Made by a program: the position numbers and the translations under genes. Source: Novakomyces olei (lineage: Eukaryota). From it: 64,000 nucleotides of DNA. The stretch is from positions 62,001 to 126,000 of the forward strand of contig JADEYG010000005.1 in NCBI GenBank assembly GCA_016906335.1, read 5' to 3'. Each line of letters opens with the position of its first letter. The first letter of the stretch is position 1. The notes beneath the pieces were generated by a model, which saw nothing but the letters and a program-made list of their open reading frames with translations, made no database searches and was not told where the DNA came from. This document shows, piece by piece, positions 61,801 through 64,000 of this stretch.

Positions 61801-62692
61801 AATGGCGAAGCTGATTATTGTCGCCCACGAGTTTGGGTGCAGTGAGGAGATGGCTACAATAGTGGCAATGCTCTCAGTCCCCAATGTATACTATCGCCCA
61901 GCGGAAAGGCAGGCAGAGGCGGATGCGCAGAGGGAAAAGCTGAGCGTCGCAGAGTCGGACCACCTCTCCCTGCTGTACACTTTTAATGTATGGAAGATGC
62001 ACGGGTACCGTGACCGTTGGGCAGCAGAGCATTTCCTGCAGCCGCGAGCACTACGCAGAGCTCGAGAAATTCGGCAACAGATTACCGATATTATGCGCAA
62101 AGCCGAGATGCTGCCCAGCTCTTGCGGACACGACTATGACGTCATTAGAAGGGTACTTTGTACAGGGTATTTTCACCAAGCAGCACGAGTGAAGGGTTTG
62201 GGCGAGTATGCGCATCTGCGCACGGGGGTCCCGTGCCATTTGCACCCAACATCGGCGCTTTACGGACTCGGGTTTCTGCCAGAGTACGTTATCTACCACG
62301 AACTGACCTACACCAGCCGCGAGTACATGTCCGTAGTGACGTCAGTGGACCCGCGGTGGCTGGCAGAGATGGGCAGTATGTACTACACCATCAGGGAAAA
62401 GGGGTCCGGCACGACTCGAGCCGCTCAGGATAAAGTGATTGCAATGGCAATGCAGAGAGATGCAGAGAAGGATAAAGGAGGTATTGAACAAGTGGAGATT
62501 GAACAAGTGGAGATTGAACAAGTGGGTCAGAAGGCCGATACCAGTGATGGCAGCAAGTCTTTCGGGGGTAAAGAGTCTAATGTTCCACGTGCCAAAAGCG
62601 CAATTATCAGGCCGGGACTTGATCGCGGTCGGGTGGGGAGTAGAACGCCACAGAGACGCGCTGAGACGCCGAGGCGAAGGTACGGAATTTGA
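58811..62692 (+). CDS. PRP16: Pre-mRNA-splicing DEAH-box helicase Prp16/DHX38, single ORF
   Basis: LDREWY, PPFLDG, GETGSGKTTQ, TQPRRVAAMSVAKRV, DEAH, TSATM, QRSGRAGRTG, HLHPTSALYG. Confidence 0.95.
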   Translation: MDELRKALENGLNRTCNDALVQRVVSLSHAQADYTAFARILSTFGRFDEEKGRLIYTAARAIPSSAQVASAAAAFEPGERLQQESLPSVGGLLAAPKSRLQANGSGGERPNRPSLLGLDRLAQQKRQEQARQQDGGAQSVKAVEQELETGSGIGDKRRRLERDKDRSEFRRPALSKRDHVSRQRRPETPTMGSGLSQTARQNLQDYLQRREQQKKRVGSVVSNSAVSNSAVSNSAVSNSAVSVSGNGAGSGRQQSSSFAPDYARTSSRHSGRQEEREGKRSMAAHEYTRPPSTLMVQHGAGRLRPSPTPTPILPDHAWDERDVEYPEQDVEPVADRREWEAEQSRLDREWYMSDELGPGIFGDEIHNPFASYTAFDAEQEQQMADKKRASSRAELRQAERVKQTDLWESHLMNRTGVGARDAIRMEDLDAESDENRVHLLVHQQRPPFLDGQQLFTKQVEPVSAVRDPQSDLAKICARGSRVVKERREQKERQAAAAKAASVAGTALGNVMGVKDEEMLEQEAVQGNEEGSARAKNRFTNLEGKETDSKQDDKSAQSSSAFSRTKSLREQREFLPAFAVRDQLLDVIRDNQVTIVIGETGSGKTTQLTQFLYEDGYARHGSLIGCTQPRRVAAMSVAKRVSEEIGCPLGGEVGYAIRFEDCTSPATRIKYMTDGVLLRESLVQQNLERYSVIIMDEAHERALNTDILLGLLKQILARRMDMRLIVTSATMNADRFAQFFGSAPTFTIPGRTFPVDVLFSKSVCEDYVDAAVRQVLQIHLSGPAGDILVFMTGQEDIEMCGEIVQERLEQLDDPPKLLVLPIYSQMPSDLQARIFAAAEPGVRKCVIATNIAETSLTVDGIMYVVDCGFCKLKVYNPRVGMDALQLTPISQANAGQRSGRAGRTGAGTAYRLYTESAFRNELYAQTIPEIQRTNLANTVLLLKTLGVQDLLQFEFMDPPPQETMLASLYDLWTLGAIDNAGRLTRLGRQMSAFPLFPSMAKLIIVAHEFGCSEEMATIVAMLSVPNVYYRPAERQAEADAQREKLSVAESDHLSLLYTFNVWKMHGYRDRWAAEHFLQPRALRRAREIRQQITDIMRKAEMLPSSCGHDYDVIRRVLCTGYFHQAARVKGLGEYAHLRTGVPCHLHPTSALYGLGFLPEYVIYHELTYTSREYMSVVTSVDPRWLAEMGSMYYTIREKGSGTTRAAQDKVIAMAMQRDAEKDKGGIEQVEIEQVEIEQVGQKADTSDGSKSFGGKESNVPRAKSAIIRPGLDRGRVGSRTPQRRAETPRRRYGI
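59471..59536 (+). repeat. 15-bp coding repeat (GTCTCTAATTCTGCT) x4.4 encoding (VSNSA)n in the PRP16 N-terminus
   Basis: Perfect units, in frame. Confidence 0.95.
62483..62525 (+). repeat. 15-bp coding repeat (ATTGAACAAGTGGAG), about 3 copies, encoding (IEQVE)n in the PRP16 C-terminus
   Basis: Directly visible in the sequence. Confidence 0.9.
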
Positions 62693-62769
62693 TTTGATTT
62701 GAGCAGGGGGGGAGGTATAGCACCAGAATTGTACAGATAAAGATCAAGGCCGAGTGGGTTTTGGCTATG

Positions 62770-62897
62770 AATTGCAGTTATTTTATTTTATTTGATTGCA
62801 GTTATTTTATATGATTGCAGTTATTTGATTTTATTTGACTCCAGTCATTTGATTTTATTTAATTGCAGTCATTTAATTTTATTTGACTGCAGTTATT
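62770..62897. repeat. Degenerate ~20-bp repeat (core TGCAGTTATTT) between the convergent PRP16 and CDC73 ends
   Basis: About six recurrences of (A/G)(T/C)TGCAGT(T/C)ATT separated by T/A tracts. Confidence 0.7.
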
Positions 62898-63166
62898 GCT
62901 ACTCAAACGACTCGATGCGTACGGCTGAATGAAAAGCGCAAGTGAGCGAACTGTCCATGTTTTGTCTATATAATAAATTTACCCCATTTTGTGATCAAAC
63001 CGAATGGTTTATTCATGATGAGATAGATCTCGCATTAAGGCTTTGCCTTGTAATTAAAATAATACATTGCTTCTATATAATACATTACTTCTAAAGCTCT
63101 TACCAGAATACAACCCTTTTATCAGATGGGTAAGATATTTAAAACAATTTTCCTATTATTCAACTT

Positions 63167-63805
63167 TTAATTGTGCTTTGCAAAAGCCGGCCATAAAGGC
63201 CACTTGTTCTCCATCCAGCGCTCAATTTTGTCCCACACATAACTGGCGACCTCTCTGTCTGTGTGCCGCTTGTACCGCTCAATCCAAATTGGCTGCACGT
63301 TCCACTCTTTCGTTGCTGGATGAGGAGCATCGCCAACGTATTGTGTAAGAAAACCCTGGTAAGTGTGGAAGAGCTTTGCTGGATTGGATTCCCTGTATTC
63401 GCGAAACTGCCACGACTGGCCGGTAGTGAAAATGCATACGACTCGGTCCCTAGTCATTAGATCATATGATTCGGGTTAAAAGAAGGAGGCAAATAGAAAG
63501 ATTATGTATTCGATAAAAGTATCGTAAAAGCACTGTAAAAAAAACTTTGCACTATTAATAGAGAGCGTACCAGTAGTCAGGTTTGAAACGCTCGACACCT
63601 TCCACAACAACAAACCGCACTTCTCCACGACTAGCACTCGGCATTTTATGTGAAAAAGCGATAAATTCGGGTCCGTGTCCCCCGCCAGCTTGAGCCGCGG
63701 CCGTCTCTGGCGGCACAAAGACTCCCTCTGATAAAAAGGCTTTAATATTGTGCATAGTCAAAAGGGAGGATGCTGAAGGCGAGAGAATGATAATAGGATC
63801 CTTGT
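63167..63805 (-). CDS. CDC73: Paf1 complex subunit Cdc73, C-terminal exons (63571-63805 and 63167-63449); the gene continues beyond the window
   Basis: DPIIILSPSASSLLTMHNIKAFL, KPDYW|DRVVCIFTTGQSWQF, RHTDREV. Confidence 0.88.
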
Positions 63806-63860
63806 CTGGGATGTTAGCATGTGGCACAAAGAAATAAATTGATTGATAAAAATCGAATTG

Positions 63861-63914
63861 ATTGATCAAATTTCAATTGATCAAATTTCAATTGATCAAA
63901 ATTTAATTGATCAA
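63861..63914. repeat. 15-bp tandem repeat (ATTGATCAAATTTCA), about 3.6 copies, in a CDC73 intron
   Basis: Directly visible; the unit contains the palindrome TTGATCAA. Confidence 0.9.
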
Positions 63915-64000
63915 TTTTGACCTGTAGTACAATCAAAATAGAACAATATAAATGAAACAATGTGACACGGTATGGCCAACAGCCAAAAACACAAATTGCG

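Noticed and set aside
58845-62702. Numerous antisense and alternate-frame ORFs within PRP16 (and similarly within other long CDSs)
   Set aside because: Shadow ORFs of GC-richer coding sequence with no independent evidence.
1-64000. Transposons, tRNA/rRNA genes, or a PKS/NRPS/terpene backbone gene making this a secondary-metabolite cluster
   Set aside because: No transposase or RT motifs, LTRs/TIRs, recognisable structural RNAs or backbone synthase were seen; gene content (importers, oxidases) fits catabolism.

Overview
Intron-rich fungal (ascomycete) DNA; the lineage cannot be fixed from sequence alone. The window has two parts. (1) About 1-47.4 kb is a dense nutrient-scavenging island: six transporters for small nitrogenous or organic compounds (2 Dal5-type MFS, 2 APC/ACT, 1 Agp2-like YAT, 1 NCS1), four Fe(II)/2-oxoglutarate dioxygenases (TauD-like, PhyH-like, two paralogues of an uncharacterised family), a divergent choline oxidase / betaine aldehyde dehydrogenase pair, a sarcosine/pipecolate-oxidase-like flavoprotein, a class A flavin monooxygenase, a DUF1989-CE4 deacetylase fusion, a bacterial-type DyP peroxidase, a secreted GH1, an FMN reductase and two Zn2Cys6-type regulators. 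Most of these genes sit in head-to-head pairs with GATAAG-rich promoters. (2) About 48-64 kb holds housekeeping genes: malic enzyme, DHODH, an Eps1-like PDI, HUT1, PRP16 and the 3' end of CDC73. The best candidate for an undescribed system is an extended choline/betaine (methylated amine) catabolic cluster. In it three oxidative enzymes carry PTS1 tails, and an uncharacterised 2OG dioxygenase shares an AATTCCGAC promoter motif with the choline oxidase/BADH promoter. Exon boundaries were read by eye and product calls come from recognised motifs, not database searches.
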